64,000 nucleotides of DNA from a virus, in IMG/VR virus record IMGVR_UViG_3300012926_000036, positions 2,520 to 66,519 of that record; one strand, given 5' to 3'. Position numbers and translations under genes: made by a program. The notes beneath the pieces were generated by a model. It was not told the origin of the DNA, did no database searches, and saw only the letters and a program-made list of their open reading frames with translations. Positions 19,001 through 28,963 of the stretch are shown piece after piece; the stretch's first letter is position 1; the number at the start of each line of letters is the position of its first letter.

Positions 19001-20049
19001 TCGTTAAAGATCGCTGCGTCATCCTTGAAATAATTGTATTGATTAACGAACTTAACTATTGCTTGATTGATCGTATCCTCAAGCATTTTAGTAGATATCT
19101 TAGGCTCGATTAAAAAATCTGTGTCATTAAGAAACACTACCGGCTGCACATCTACATGCCTAAATCTACCGATCTGGATCAATCCATTTGGAGCACGGCG
19201 TAGCCAGCCATCAAAATAATCAAGCGCTTTTTGAATTAAGCTTTTGAATGTTTCAGCGGTATCGACCTTAGGATTGATCCAAATACCTGTCACCGCACAA
19301 TCGTAAATAGCAGCTATCCAATTGACTGTATCCGTGGCATCAGCTAAGCCAGCGCCAAGTACAGGATGAAACATCCATTCGTATATGCACCCGAACGGGC
19401 TAACTCCGAAATCTGATTTAAACAACGCGTTAACACCGTCCGGTAATACTGACGTGAATACCGGAGGCGTCAACGGGCGCCGTTCAAGTACCACTTCGAC
19501 ATTCGGTACCTGGGTTGTATCTTGAGCACCGTACAATAATTGCAGTAGCTCTATACGACACCGCCACGTATAGCCAGGATGATACTCGCCCTCGGTATCA
19601 AACCAGGATGGCACCGGATCGCTTCCGGTACCCCAATATATCCTAACTTGCCCATCATCTGATGGGAGCCCTATTTGCGCAAAATCCGGGCTATTGCTTC
19701 TAAAAATTGACCCTTGCCATACAATAGAATTATTTATGACAATTTCTTTTATTACGTCAACAGGCCCAATGCACAGTATACCAATCAAATTAGAATAATA
19801 CTTATGGCCAACTGTCGAGGTGGTTGATCCCCCACCTTTCCCGCCACTACCATGTCTCTCAGTAATTGATACAACTCTAGTGCCGTACGGTCGGCTAACC
19901 CACATCGCAGGAAGCTTGACACGGCCAGATACATACGGAATCTGGATAACTTCCTGATTCGTATTCGTCTGACTAATCTTAACGCCGTACGGATCCCGCT
20001 GTTTCGCAGGCTGACTAATAGTTGAACTTGCGGACGCGCTTAACGACAT
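16054..20049 (-). CDS. Central tail tip / host-specificity protein (tail hub, FN3 domain, internal repeats)
   Basis: IPYVSGRVKL..., GGKGGG, LCIGPVD.I.EI, FN3 domain (GPTNL...W...GYEIRYG), three HPTAY...GGTGFE.FD.F repeats; follows NlpC/P60. Confidence 0.8.
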   Translation of the reverse strand: MSLSASASSTISQPAKQRDPYGVKISQTNTNQEVIQIPYVSGRVKLPAMWVSRPYGTRVVSITERHGSGGKGGGSTTSTVGHKYYSNLIGILCIGPVDVIKEIVINNSIVWQGSIFRSNSPDFAQIGLPSDDGQVRIYWGTGSDPVPSWFDTEGEYHPGYTWRCRIELLQLLYGAQDTTQVPNVEVVLERRPLTPPVFTSVLPDGVNALFKSDFGVSPFGCIYEWMFHPVLGAGLADATDTVNWIAAIYDCAVTGIWINPKVDTAETFKSLIQKALDYFDGWLRRAPNGLIQIGRFRHVDVQPVVFLNDTDFLIEPKISTKMLEDTINQAIVKFVNQYNYFKDDAAIFNDFGNQLIQGFVRFVTYDRPWIAHPGLAFYHAYFMGTLYANPIISGKVSVSKELVSGANPGDIIQIAATTYNMQGLFRLKAKTLSEATKWICDLDVEQERGTWTYAYSLDAPTYPSRPDILALDITNARIVELPAGLGKSTTGIVIAILAARNDSLMLGFTPWFTRDPIGSQVYDHINVQSGFAIWGRLQQHYGQTPVVDTFEGLWIITGDIDLVELISKSDLERDNFEWLIFLNKEIMSMGQVIPLGNNQFRIYTRRACYGTVQPVFHNALDNAWFVARSRMGVLSHPSWKIGDTWYFKMQGFNQTNTFDLSLSSIFAYTFKGDSGGGGLNGPTNLIVGTNGNAVLFSWKDDTSGLAVGYEIRYGAIGGTWFKAKIAATKVPSAGSVQLTNIPPNVWTFYVASMDMFGTYSAPVSYDLNIPAYTYILAEKNYGPVNHALDIGVASTPDWDTGNGTIFTNCLVHPTAYALLPQDTQAANYVPPGGTGFELFDNFVNGWPSTCTVELPVLDSLGSGTSVRSSEVVTEYLIGLENQPVTGEDFIIVFNPLWENATIANGVLHPTAYCIIPTTIHNASYVPPGGTGFELFDQFIFDVQAKTTISYIQDVNAPYPWYATLDANYKPGYSNAVVAAKLSISWSSDLVTWTQLISGPNALYTNYVARYAQFKLVLNNLPPLDLVVTLPPSWDNTIITNGVVHPTAYCVMPTTIHNASYTGGGTGFEIFDQFVFDVQTSTTIDYVKDLTNQFPWSSTINATYAPGYANGAISETLSISWSNDNSTWTTLVSGTGASSTNFTSRYVRLRIVLDNTSPVGFVKTLSGELISVYAPSVQNVGFVNAMSGEIVAGSSKYWTSIFAQIKTSQDNIVFTSVWDEVASTFVSDRYIKPRISWNPTSGLWPISVSSLWILLDANQLSQGDFFIAIPAGGATIHYPVPYRQKVSVTVTAVSGTSAYAVVTSYTLATFTVQIFNAGSAIAGNINWNSIGA

Positions 20050-20525
20050 AATAATAATGGTCGGAACGCTGCCTGATAATGTTTACGGAAATATGGGCCG
20101 GTCATATCGAACCTAGTCACGCCATATGGATAGACAGCCTGCATAGTGTACACACTGCTGATCGCTATTCCGCAATGATGCACACATAACCCATGCCGGT
20201 AACAGATCACGTCGCCAATCTCTATCCCTCGTTGACCAACGTTTTCATCGAATACCATTAGTTCAGAAACGTCTTTAGCTAGATCTGTGCGTTTTCGTAA
20301 CCATTCTAGTATCAACGATTTCTCATTATGACACGCGTGTCTCGGATCAATGAACGGTAACGGCTCAAGATTAACCATACCCATTGCTGCAAATATCGAC
20401 ATTACTAACCCGGCGCAATCCACCCCGCCGGTCACACCTTTGACGCAAGCTCCTACATGAAACGGGGTACCCTCCCACGATAGTGCCTCAGCCACGATAG
20501 CTGATTGCCGTTGGTCAATTGTCAT
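20040..20525 (-). CDS. NlpC/P60 tail-associated peptidase
   Basis: EALSWEGTPFH...GVDCAGLV...GDV...HHCGI. Confidence 0.9.
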   Translation of the reverse strand: MTIDQRQSAIVAEALSWEGTPFHVGACVKGVTGGVDCAGLVMSIFAAMGMVNLEPLPFIDPRHACHNEKSLILEWLRKRTDLAKDVSELMVFDENVGQRGIEIGDVICYRHGLCVHHCGIAISSVYTMQAVYPYGVTRFDMTGPYFRKHYQAAFRPLLLCR

Positions 20526-22621
20526 TTGCCACCACCGCCGCCTTTCCCGCCACCGCCTGTACCCTGTTTTGTCGTTACGCCTATTACGTTCGGAGGATCA
20601 ATCGGGATAAATGGTTCACCGCCAAAATTCTGCCGGTTGCCAAATACGTTCTGGCAATCTTCAATGTACCGTTTGCTGCATCCAAAGTAATAATATACTA
20701 GGTCACCAGGCACGACATAAAGAAACGGGCGTCCAGTCTGAATAAGCACCGGTACACCGATATTGCCTGGGAACGGGTCAGACCATGTAATCGATCTAAC
20801 CTCATACAAATCCGTTTTACCAGGCGTTTCCATGTACCCGTACGCAAACCTATTTACCGGATATGTGTTACCGTGGGTTACGTACACGGCAGTACCGATA
20901 ATAGAGCTCACGTTAGACGCCACCCTGAAAAACGCTGGATTTAATGTGCACCCAGGCCCGTACAAATCCCATACACATTGGCGCTGAAACACCATCCTAG
21001 ATTTTTGCTCTAACACCGAATCAAGCGCACGAAACGTAACTGTAAACTTATTACCTTCAGGATCAGATTGTACAGCTGTACCCCAAAATATTTTCGTAGT
21101 AGCCGATAAATTACTTCTTTGCGTTTCGATTATCTCGCATATTAATTTACCGTTAAGCCCATACGCACCGTGCTTAGTTATTAATGATAACGGGTTACCG
21201 ATAAAATCATACGATTCAATTTGCGCCTCGTCCGAGGTCGGATCTAAAGACAATTTAACGCTATTATGACTAAATGGTCCTGGCAAATACGTACCATCAC
21301 CAGGAACAACCGCCGCGCCCTCGTCACTTGTAAACCTGTACTGTTGCGGATTAGGCACCTTATGCGTAAATTTATACAGATAAATCGGGCTAAGCCGCGT
21401 AGCAGCAATCGAGTACTCCTCGGTAACCTCGATCATTTTTATTTTAACACTAGCAACCTGACCTGAATCATAATCCCATTGCAACGAACTATCTACCATC
21501 GTCACTAGCACTAAATCACTTATCTGAGTTAACCCAATGGACCATTGACCTATAACATTAGTTTCGCATGTAAGTGTGCCGCCAGCCACTACCGTTACGT
21601 GCGCTGGCTGTATCCTCGTTGAATCCGATAACACAATGAACCCTTTACCTGGAGTTGTGTTAAAAGCCGGATCTGAGTACGTTACGTTTGCGACTATTAT
21701 CTGGTTAGTAGGCGCAATGATACTAGCCGCTAATCTTAGGTCCCCGCGCCAGGTCGGCATGAAAAACGGCTCAGTTGACCCGAGTAACGAAAACATGTAT
21801 TCAATACGCCCGATCATTGTTCGGTCAGTGCACACGAATGTGTACTCGAACGAGCGTCGAACAGCCTGCGGATATACCGTGTGCTGCATACGGCGATAAA
21901 ACCCTATCGGATCATTAGAGATATCGACCTCAGTCGAATCTGTTTGGCTCTCAAACGACGGCCTAATGTACCATAATGGCGAGGCCGTAAACTGACTAAT
22001 TGTCGGACCAACTGTAACCGTGTCAGACACAATTGGACTTAATTTATATAACGTGTCACAATCCTCAACGAATGTTACCTGCGCTTCAGACACAATATCC
22101 GACGCATCTGTGAGCACCGGACGCGGCTCAAACCGACCAGCTAACAATGGACAAATAATACAATCACTAGCTAACCACGGGTTAAGCGGCCCGACAGCTA
22201 CAGTAATATTGGTCGGGTTAACAGCAGTCACCTGAACTATTTCATATCGGCGCAACGAATCTAATATAACAAAATAATTAGAAAACCGAACAGGCGGAAG
22301 ATTAATATAGATCGTTGTTAACCCAGGTGTAATATCGGATGTTATGCCTGTCTCATCTACCCACACAGGCATAAATACTAATTCATTCTTTAATCGACCG
22401 AGACCTTCCCTAACCTCAGACGCTTCAGTATCGTTACCGATAAATGACGTAAACTCGAATTTCCAACGCATTGCATCATTGAAACGTACACGAGTTTGGT
22501 TGGCTCGTATCGTGGTGTTCTTAGCTGTTATATGTGACGATGTTAATTTCGGTTTAACATTAAAATTTGCCGGAAATAACCAGATAGCGCACGACAACGA
22601 ATTGAACGTAAGAAATTTCAT
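20522..22621 (-). CDS. Distal-tail/hub protein with a C-terminal DUF2163/BR0599-like domain
   Basis: FQRQCVWDLYGPGC and GCSKRYIEDCQNVFGNRQNFGGEPFIP; directly follows the tape measure gene. Confidence 0.75.
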   Translation of the reverse strand: MKFLTFNSLSCAIWLFPANFNVKPKLTSSHITAKNTTIRANQTRVRFNDAMRWKFEFTSFIGNDTEASEVREGLGRLKNELVFMPVWVDETGITSDITPGLTTIYINLPPVRFSNYFVILDSLRRYEIVQVTAVNPTNITVAVGPLNPWLASDCIICPLLAGRFEPRPVLTDASDIVSEAQVTFVEDCDTLYKLSPIVSDTVTVGPTISQFTASPLWYIRPSFESQTDSTEVDISNDPIGFYRRMQHTVYPQAVRRSFEYTFVCTDRTMIGRIEYMFSLLGSTEPFFMPTWRGDLRLAASIIAPTNQIIVANVTYSDPAFNTTPGKGFIVLSDSTRIQPAHVTVVAGGTLTCETNVIGQWSIGLTQISDLVLVTMVDSSLQWDYDSGQVASVKIKMIEVTEEYSIAATRLSPIYLYKFTHKVPNPQQYRFTSDEGAAVVPGDGTYLPGPFSHNSVKLSLDPTSDEAQIESYDFIGNPLSLITKHGAYGLNGKLICEIIETQRSNLSATTKIFWGTAVQSDPEGNKFTVTFRALDSVLEQKSRMVFQRQCVWDLYGPGCTLNPAFFRVASNVSSIIGTAVYVTHGNTYPVNRFAYGYMETPGKTDLYEVRSITWSDPFPGNIGVPVLIQTGRPFLYVVPGDLVYYYFGCSKRYIEDCQNVFGNRQNFGGEPFIPIDPPNVIGVTTKQGTGGGGKGGGGGK

Positions 22622-25230
22622 CCTAAATTTGACGGTATCCCTATTTCGTTCGCTGCGTTCCGAACATGATCCACGACAATCTTGCGGCCATCTGTGCTCC
22701 TAAGCCATTTAGCCAAGGCTTGACGATCATCGAAAAACGCGAAATTTAACTTAGGCTGGGTTGACGTAGGACTCGCAGAGCTAGCAGGACTACCGCCAAC
22801 CACGCCCCCAGTAGCGAAGCTCGGCGCAAAACTCATGGAGTTCATGGCGTGAATCATGTCCGGCCCGTAATGCGACACCGCGCGCGCCGTCACAATCCCT
22901 TCCCCGCTTGCTACCATCGCCAAACGATTATCGGTCCCACTCGGTGCCCCTGGAACGATACCGCCCTCGGCAAATGCCAAGCACGCCGCAAACGCCGCTG
23001 CGGCAGCAATCGGGGCGATTATCCAACCGAACCACGGAATCTCTGACGCTGACGCGTACACCCCACGCGCAGCGGCCGCAGCGTCCTTAAATTTCGTGCT
23101 TTCATGAGCCGAATTCTGTATTGCGGCTCCAATAAGAGCTTGAAGCGCTACCTTAATTAGCATGTTTAGGATAGATTCGCCGGCCTGCACAAACGATTGT
23201 TCCCAGTTCTTCGTGCCACTGATTAACCCGCTTAACGCGTTAGTCATGCCGTCAATACCCGTGTTTGTGATGCTCTGAAATGTCGCAACCGCTTTGTCGC
23301 CGGTAAACGATAGTTGCTCACCGAATTTCTGTAACCCGCTTGTCCATTGACCGATCCAGGTATCTTTCTGGTTCGCAATTTGTGTCTTAGCTTTAAGAAT
23401 CTCAAGCTTGTCGATCGCCGCTTGCAGCTTATTTACCTGGGTTTGTTCTTTATCGTTAAGCACGCCCTGAGCGGTCCCGACCGCCTCGACCTTGGCCTTC
23501 ATTTCTACAAGCTTGGCCTCTTCCTTATCGATCGTTGCGATGAATTCCTGGCCAGCCTTAAGGTTCGTTGCCTGCATTTCGCCCAACGTTTGTTTCCCGA
23601 GTTGATGCGCCGCGTTGCTCTTCTCAATCAACGCATGGTACGCTTGCTCTTTCTCGTTAATCTCAGACTGGATCTTGGAGATCTCCTGCTGGTCTTGCGT
23701 GTCCACGCTCGGGCCGCCACCACCTCCGCCACCGCCGCCACGGCGTCCACGACCGCCACCGCCGCCACTGATCGGCTTCCCGATTACCAACTGGCGGTCA
23801 AGCTCAACTTGCGGGCTCAGGCTCGCCCCACTGCGATCAATTGCCGCGCTTTTTGTGTAATCACCGTACCCGAAACTCGCTTCATACGCCGCGTTGATCC
23901 GGTCCTGTAACCCTTGCGGGCCACCCACCGAACCGCCCCCGCCAGCGCCCCCGAATAAAAACCTGAAATTTTCTAACCCGCTCAAGATCGCTATCAAATT
24001 AGCTACCTGCCCGGCAGCGATAACCGCCGCCTGCCCAAGTTGCGCGATACTCTTTGCCACCTCACTAAACCCGGCAACCAGCGCCGGATCATTGAGCGCA
24101 TCAGCTAACGCTTTCGCGGCATCAGTGGCCGGTTTTAAGAACGGTTTAGCGGCTTCAATCGCCAAGTTTTCGAGCGCCGTCTTTATCCGCTCCATCTGGC
24201 CGTCCAGGCTCGAGTTGCGCAGCTCGTCCCCGGCTTGCGCAAACTTCTGTAACCCTTGGGATACAGTGTCATAAAGCTCCCCAGTCTGGCGCAAACTTTC
24301 GACCTCCTTTTTATTTAGATCTAACTTTTGCGCTAAAATGTTCGTGGCCCGAACGTTCCCTTCAAAGATCTGGTTTAACTCCTGAACAAGTTGCTGATTC
24401 GTTATCCCGAGCGCGCGTTGCGCTTGCTCCAGTTGTGTTACCAGATTTATCTGATTACGAAAACTTACCCCGGCATTACTTAATACAGCGCTCGTCGCGC
24501 TAAAACTCTTAGCCAGATTAACTTGGCTTATCTGGTGCTCATTAGCTTTTTGCGTGATTAACGCCATTGCCGCATCAGCAACCTTTAGCGATGCATCAAA
24601 GTTCTTTATCGCCGGATCAAATTGTTGAAACGTGCCAGCAAGTTGTATCTTAACTTTCTCAAGCTCGCCATTGAGCTTTACCCCTTCCTCAATAAACTTT
24701 GTGGTCGCCACCGTTGCCGCAGCCAGCGCCGCAGCAAACCCGAGCGCTGCACCGATCCCGGCCCCGATCAAAACCGTGTTCAGGATGCCGATCTCGCTGC
24801 CGAGCCCGATAAAATCCTGGCCCAAATATTGAAGCTCGCGCCCAACCCCTTGCGCACCTGGAATAAAATCAGCCACGTCACGCGCTACAAACCCTATACT
24901 CCGCGATAACTTTTCAGCGCTAACAGCGTTCTCCTCAGCCCTGAGAGAAAACTCACGCATTGCCGCACTCGCCGGCGCGAAATCCGAAGCTGTCTTACCT
25001 ACCGTCGAGCGCACCCCGGTAATCGCGTCGAGTAACCGTTGTTGACCAACGGTAAACGCTGCCTGTTCAGCGTTCCACGCTTTTGACGCCTCAGACGCGC
25101 CAACGCTCGCAACCTTGCTCGCGTCGATCTCTTTATTAAGCGCAGCCAACTGTGCCTGCACCGCGGCAAGCTCAGCCTTTTCGCTCTGAACCTTAAGCAG
25201 GATCTCAACTACACTCTGAGTTTCAGCCAC
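22618..25230 (-). CDS. Tail tape measure protein
   Basis: 870 aa, Ala/Gly/Gln-rich and helical; C-terminal FAEGGIVPG...GTD...SGEGIV...FATGGVVG. Confidence 0.88.
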   Translation of the reverse strand: MAETQSVVEILLKVQSEKAELAAVQAQLAALNKEIDASKVASVGASEASKAWNAEQAAFTVGQQRLLDAITGVRSTVGKTASDFAPASAAMREFSLRAEENAVSAEKLSRSIGFVARDVADFIPGAQGVGRELQYLGQDFIGLGSEIGILNTVLIGAGIGAALGFAAALAAATVATTKFIEEGVKLNGELEKVKIQLAGTFQQFDPAIKNFDASLKVADAAMALITQKANEHQISQVNLAKSFSATSAVLSNAGVSFRNQINLVTQLEQAQRALGITNQQLVQELNQIFEGNVRATNILAQKLDLNKKEVESLRQTGELYDTVSQGLQKFAQAGDELRNSSLDGQMERIKTALENLAIEAAKPFLKPATDAAKALADALNDPALVAGFSEVAKSIAQLGQAAVIAAGQVANLIAILSGLENFRFLFGGAGGGGSVGGPQGLQDRINAAYEASFGYGDYTKSAAIDRSGASLSPQVELDRQLVIGKPISGGGGGRGRRGGGGGGGGGPSVDTQDQQEISKIQSEINEKEQAYHALIEKSNAAHQLGKQTLGEMQATNLKAGQEFIATIDKEEAKLVEMKAKVEAVGTAQGVLNDKEQTQVNKLQAAIDKLEILKAKTQIANQKDTWIGQWTSGLQKFGEQLSFTGDKAVATFQSITNTGIDGMTNALSGLISGTKNWEQSFVQAGESILNMLIKVALQALIGAAIQNSAHESTKFKDAAAAARGVYASASEIPWFGWIIAPIAAAAAFAACLAFAEGGIVPGAPSGTDNRLAMVASGEGIVTARAVSHYGPDMIHAMNSMSFAPSFATGGVVGGSPASSASPTSTQPKLNFAFFDDRQALAKWLRSTDGRKIVVDHVRNAANEIGIPSNLG

Positions 25231-25402
25231 GGTAAATTCCTAAAAATTGGCGCACCAACTGGTTATACACCCGTTGGCCATCCGTTCCGCAGAACGCCGG
25301 CGCTACCCCGGCCGCAACCGTGTACAACCCTTGCAGATGTTCAAGCGCTGACAATTGCATAGCTACCTGGTGCGTTCTGATAATGCGCGCAACCGGCCAC
25401 AT
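25223..25402 (-). CDS. Tail assembly chaperone C-terminal (gpT-like) frame
   Basis: -1 frame relative to 25405-25815, open upstream of its ATG (…GILTGQPPHEVIMWPVARI…), overlaps the tape measure start. Confidence 0.5.
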   Translation of the reverse strand: MWPVARIIRTHQVAMQLSALEHLQGLYTVAAGVAPAFCGTDGQRVYNQLVRQFLGIYRG

Positions 25403-25404
25403 GA

Positions 25405-25815
25405 TTACTTCGTGCGGAGGTTGCCCGGTAAGGATTCCAACTTCGAAGACGACCCGTCCAAAAGTGAGGTTAACGCCCTGCGTTTCTCGGTTTGCGCGGA
25501 AAGCACTTTGATCATTCGCTCCAGGATCTTCCCGTCGCGTTCCGCAAACCGGGCTAAGATAGGGTCGTTAATTTCAACCCCGATATCTAGAATACGTTCA
25601 ACTTCTTCGTACGGTATTGTGCCAGCCCATTTCTCCGGTTGCCCACAAAAAAGCTCAACCGTTTTTCCCTGATCGCCGTAGCACATAGCGTAGGCTTGCA
25701 GTTCATAGACGTTGAGCTTTTTAACGCGCACCTCTTCGGTGCCGCCGTCAATGATTTGCACATTAACGGCGCGATATCCTTGGATATTTTCTATCTCAGT
25801 TTTTCCATCAACCAC
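25405..25815 (-). CDS. Tail assembly chaperone (gpG-like)
   Basis: Position between tail tube and tape measure genes; acidic and helical. Confidence 0.6.
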   Translation of the reverse strand: MVDGKTEIENIQGYRAVNVQIIDGGTEEVRVKKLNVYELQAYAMCYGDQGKTVELFCGQPEKWAGTIPYEEVERILDIGVEINDPILARFAERDGKILERMIKVLSAQTEKRRALTSLLDGSSSKLESLPGNLRTK

Positions 25816-25860
25816 TGTTTCGGCCTAGCTATCGGGTGGCCGATAATCACCCTTTTATTG

Positions 25861-26628
25861 TTAAACCTCAACCTTATACAGGTTACCAGCACCGACAAGC
25901 GACAACGTAAACTCGCAGTTCGCAAACGCTTCCGCCTTATAATCCGGATACTTCGACGGTGACAAGAAACAGTTCCCGGTCAGCCTATGATTGAACAACG
26001 TAGAAAACGCATCCGTAAACGTAATCTCGCAATACCCGGACACATTCATGTTATTAAACGTGTCAGTTTTCCAAATACGAGGGAACACCGTTGCAGTCAT
26101 AGCTGGTAACGAATACGTAATAACAATCGATTGTGTGCCATCAACGAACGTTGATCCGGACCGGAACCTAATAGCGCTAGCTTTAGTACCTCCACCGACT
26201 AAGTCATAATCAACACCGATTACAAGATTAGTCACACCCTGCTTAACGGAAATAATTGTCGGATTTTCGCCCGGTATCCTGAACACGTCAAATGGCGAAA
26301 CGTTCGCACACGTTAATGTCGATGACGCGCTTAACGTTTGTAACAATGACGCCTTGGTTGTATACCCATAAAGCAACGCGAGATTCGATACCGGAAACTC
26401 GTCAGCCTGAATCGTGAACACCGGTGCAACCGTTGTCACAACCTTTTTAGCAAGTTGCAGGAAACCGTTTACACTAAAAAATGCATCGATGCTTTTTACA
26501 CCAGATACCGCTGTTACATTTGTCAGGTTCCCGAAATCGATAAACCGATCCGATACACCAGCCTTCTGAAACAAGATAAGCGCACTGGCATTAATGATAT
26601 TATTAGCATCAGAAAAGTTTTGGCTCAT
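25861..26628 (-). CDS. Major tail (tube) protein
   Basis: FIDFGN...DEF...NLALL pattern with an Ig-like insert (GVDYDL); position; no sheath gene nearby. Confidence 0.65.
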   Translation of the reverse strand: MSQNFSDANNIINASALILFQKAGVSDRFIDFGNLTNVTAVSGVKSIDAFFSVNGFLQLAKKVVTTVAPVFTIQADEFPVSNLALLYGYTTKASLLQTLSASSTLTCANVSPFDVFRIPGENPTIISVKQGVTNLVIGVDYDLVGGGTKASAIRFRSGSTFVDGTQSIVITYSLPAMTATVFPRIWKTDTFNNMNVSGYCEITFTDAFSTLFNHRLTGNCFLSPSKYPDYKAEAFANCEFTLSLVGAGNLYKVEV

Positions 26629-27143
26629 ATAGTTTGTATAGTTAAATTAGCCTGGAACATAAGTAAGTATGTCAATGCTTGTCGTTGGTCAGAGTGCGCA
26701 CGCAGGGTTACACCTAATAGTTGCATAATCTGTTGTCGAAAATGGATACCGGCAATCACGTTATGCGATTTGAAATGTAGCAACTCAATTATTCTTGACA
26801 CTATAGTTGCAGCAGATATCTGGGTACCAGTACTAGCCTGATTAATCGCATAAAATTCAGATACCTGAATCTGGATTCTTACGTTAGAATATAACGGCGC
26901 GCCCTTGTCAGTTCCCTGTTTCGGGTCCATTAACCGTAAATCTGGCGTTAATATTACCACAACAATACCCATCTCGCCAATTGCTCGCTGCGTATAACTA
27001 ACAATGTCCCCGATCTGTTCCGTTACAACTGGAACCGGCTTACCGTTAAATGACCGTGCCCCGTTAAATATCGGATCAATGGTCAACATACCGGACAACG
27101 CCGATTGCAACTGCGCTAATGTACTCGTAACGCTCAATGCCAA
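26625..27143 (-). CDS. Tail terminator / completion protein
   Basis: Position between the gp36-like and tail tube genes. Confidence 0.5.
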   Translation of the reverse strand: MALSVTSTLAQLQSALSGMLTIDPIFNGARSFNGKPVPVVTEQIGDIVSYTQRAIGEMGIVVVILTPDLRLMDPKQGTDKGAPLYSNVRIQIQVSEFYAINQASTGTQISAATIVSRIIELLHFKSHNVIAGIHFRQQIMQLLGVTLRAHSDQRQALTYLLMFQANLTIQTI

Positions 27144-27610
27144 AACCCGTAATCAGGTACATTAATATTAGGAACTTTCGATCGATCAGATAAGAAATCG
27201 TCTCGACTAGCAAACCGTAGCTGGTCCGGAGCAAACGCGCGCGCTGTCACAAACTCGATAAACAATTTACCGGTAGCAGCGTCATCAAGATGCTTGATAG
27301 CATCCTTATAGCTCTGCATTCTCGCGTCGTCTATGAACAACTTCGCTTGCGGGAAACTGGTTAAGAATTTGTAACGAACAATCTCGATTGCATCCCCGTA
27401 TAATTCCTCTGGGATCGTTAAGTCCGGACCCATACCGACTCGGTTCTCGGCAAACGCTGCTACCTTGCCGCGCACCAACGACACAACCCAACTAATAATC
27501 TGAGCTAACCGATCAGGCATACCCGTTGCGCTCGCTCCTACCCCGAACAAATCGCGCTCAGGCTGTGTTAAAGCGTTCAACATATCATCCGGATCAAGTT
27601 GCATCCACAT
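27134..27610 (-). CDS. Mu gp36-like (DUF1320) head-tail connector
   Basis: IPEEL...AIEIVRY...R...YKDAIKHLDDAATGK motif. Confidence 0.7.
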   Translation of the reverse strand: MWMQLDPDDMLNALTQPERDLFGVGASATGMPDRLAQIISWVVSLVRGKVAAFAENRVGMGPDLTIPEELYGDAIEIVRYKFLTSFPQAKLFIDDARMQSYKDAIKHLDDAATGKLFIEFVTARAFAPDQLRFASRDDFLSDRSKVPNINVPDYGFWH

Positions 27611-27628
27611 ACTTACTTTACTTCTGAT

Positions 27629-28549
27629 TTACGTTGCCTGAATCCGGTAAACGATACCTGCCCCGGTAATCGCAAACAACTGTTGCCAATCCAGGTAAAA
27701 CACGTCCGATCGAATCTTTTCTTCACGATACTGGCGCATAGCCGTAAACCGATTCGCCGTCCGTACAAACACCTTCATGAGTGTAGGGTCCATAATGCCT
27801 GGATCATCCTGTCCGTAAAACACAAATACGTTATTCGTTGAACCGCCTGTATCAGTGTAAAGAACACCACCGCCGACCCTAATCTGTAACGGAACCGCGA
27901 ACAGTTGCGCAGCCACTTCCGTAGTCGCAACACCGAGTCTAGAAAACCGAATGCGATCCAAGACTTGTTTATTATTTTTGAACAATAACCACGCGCTAAG
28001 ATCAAAAAATAATCGGTTTGGAACCACCCCAGTAGTATCCGTGATATTCTGAACACATTTATCAATCTGCAATACAGGATCATCGGTACCTGCACCACCC
28101 CACGCCGCCCCGAGTGTTGACCCTGTACCGGTAAACCCCGGGACAGTTGTGCTTGTAGTCACATTCGCTTTAAGGAATACGAACAATGATTTTAAATAAT
28201 TATTTAAAATCGTTAACGTCAAATCCCTAACCTTAACCATCTCAAGCGTAGCTTCAGACTCAGGGTTTTGCCGACGTTCAATATCGTCTATGGTAGTCTC
28301 CAGCGAATTCTCGCTCAACACCCCAACCGAATCCGTTACCGTATACCCAATCCGCGCCGCGCTACCGCCAAGTGATCGACGCGTATCAATACCTAGAAAC
28401 GCGTTGCCGCTACCATAATTTTTATAGAAAAACTTCTCAGTAACAACCGGAACCTCTGGCGCCAAAAATCCTGCAATATCGTTCTTCTGAGCCCAATCGC
28501 CTACGATACCTTGTGCGTAGGTCAATAATTGTGAAACATCATAAGGCAT
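27629..28549 (-). CDS. Major capsid protein
   Basis: LLTYAQG...FLAPEVPV...DDIE...W.....DPV.QI......TGVVPN; follows the protease and decoration genes. Confidence 0.8.
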   Translation of the reverse strand: MPYDVSQLLTYAQGIVGDWAQKNDIAGFLAPEVPVVTEKFFYKNYGSGNAFLGIDTRRSLGGSAARIGYTVTDSVGVLSENSLETTIDDIERRQNPESEATLEMVKVRDLTLTILNNYLKSLFVFLKANVTTSTTVPGFTGTGSTLGAAWGGAGTDDPVLQIDKCVQNITDTTGVVPNRLFFDLSAWLLFKNNKQVLDRIRFSRLGVATTEVAAQLFAVPLQIRVGGGVLYTDTGGSTNNVFVFYGQDDPGIMDPTLMKVFVRTANRFTAMRQYREEKIRSDVFYLDWQQLFAITGAGIVYRIQAT

Positions 28550-28568
28550 AAAATATTTCTCCTTTCTA

Positions 28569-28943
28569 TTAGATTAAAACCGCCTCAATGAATCCGTTTA
28601 TACCTGTCGCAATCGATGTTGCGACCGCTGTATTAAGAACGGTGACGTTCACAACTCCGGACGCTGCCCAGTACAGTTTTTGAAACGGCACCGGAACAAT
28701 TGCGGCCGCGCACTTAATTAATACGCTGCACCCTTTCGCGCAAAACACATCGACCGTAAGCAATGACAGATCGGCATCCGATGTGCACACACCTACCGGC
28801 ACATTCGTTCCGACACTCCACGGTTCGACAACACTTGTACCGGCGTTCCATTGAACGACCATGCCGCGCACAAGCGTTGATGCCGCTGCGACCGAAAACG
28901 GCACAATAGGAATTTCTCTCACTACACCTGCAAAAGTTGACAT
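28569..28943 (-). CDS. Capsid decoration/cement protein (DUF2190-like)
   Basis: Small beta-rich protein between the protease and capsid genes. Confidence 0.6.
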   Translation of the reverse strand: MSTFAGVVREIPIVPFSVAAASTLVRGMVVQWNAGTSVVEPWSVGTNVPVGVCTSDADLSLLTVDVFCAKGCSVLIKCAAAIVPVPFQKLYWAASGVVNVTVLNTAVATSIATGINGFIEAVLI

Positions 28944-28963
28944 AAATTTTTCCTCCTAAAAAG

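Noticed and set aside
9852-20049. Diversity-generating retroelement acting on tail fibres
   Set aside because: No reverse transcriptase motif and no adenine-specific TR/VR pair noticed; the repeats seen are ordinary in-frame duplications.
25861-27143. Contractile (Mu-like myovirus) tail
   Set aside because: No sheath or baseplate wedge genes recognised; the hub-NlpC/P60-tip arrangement fits a non-contractile tail.
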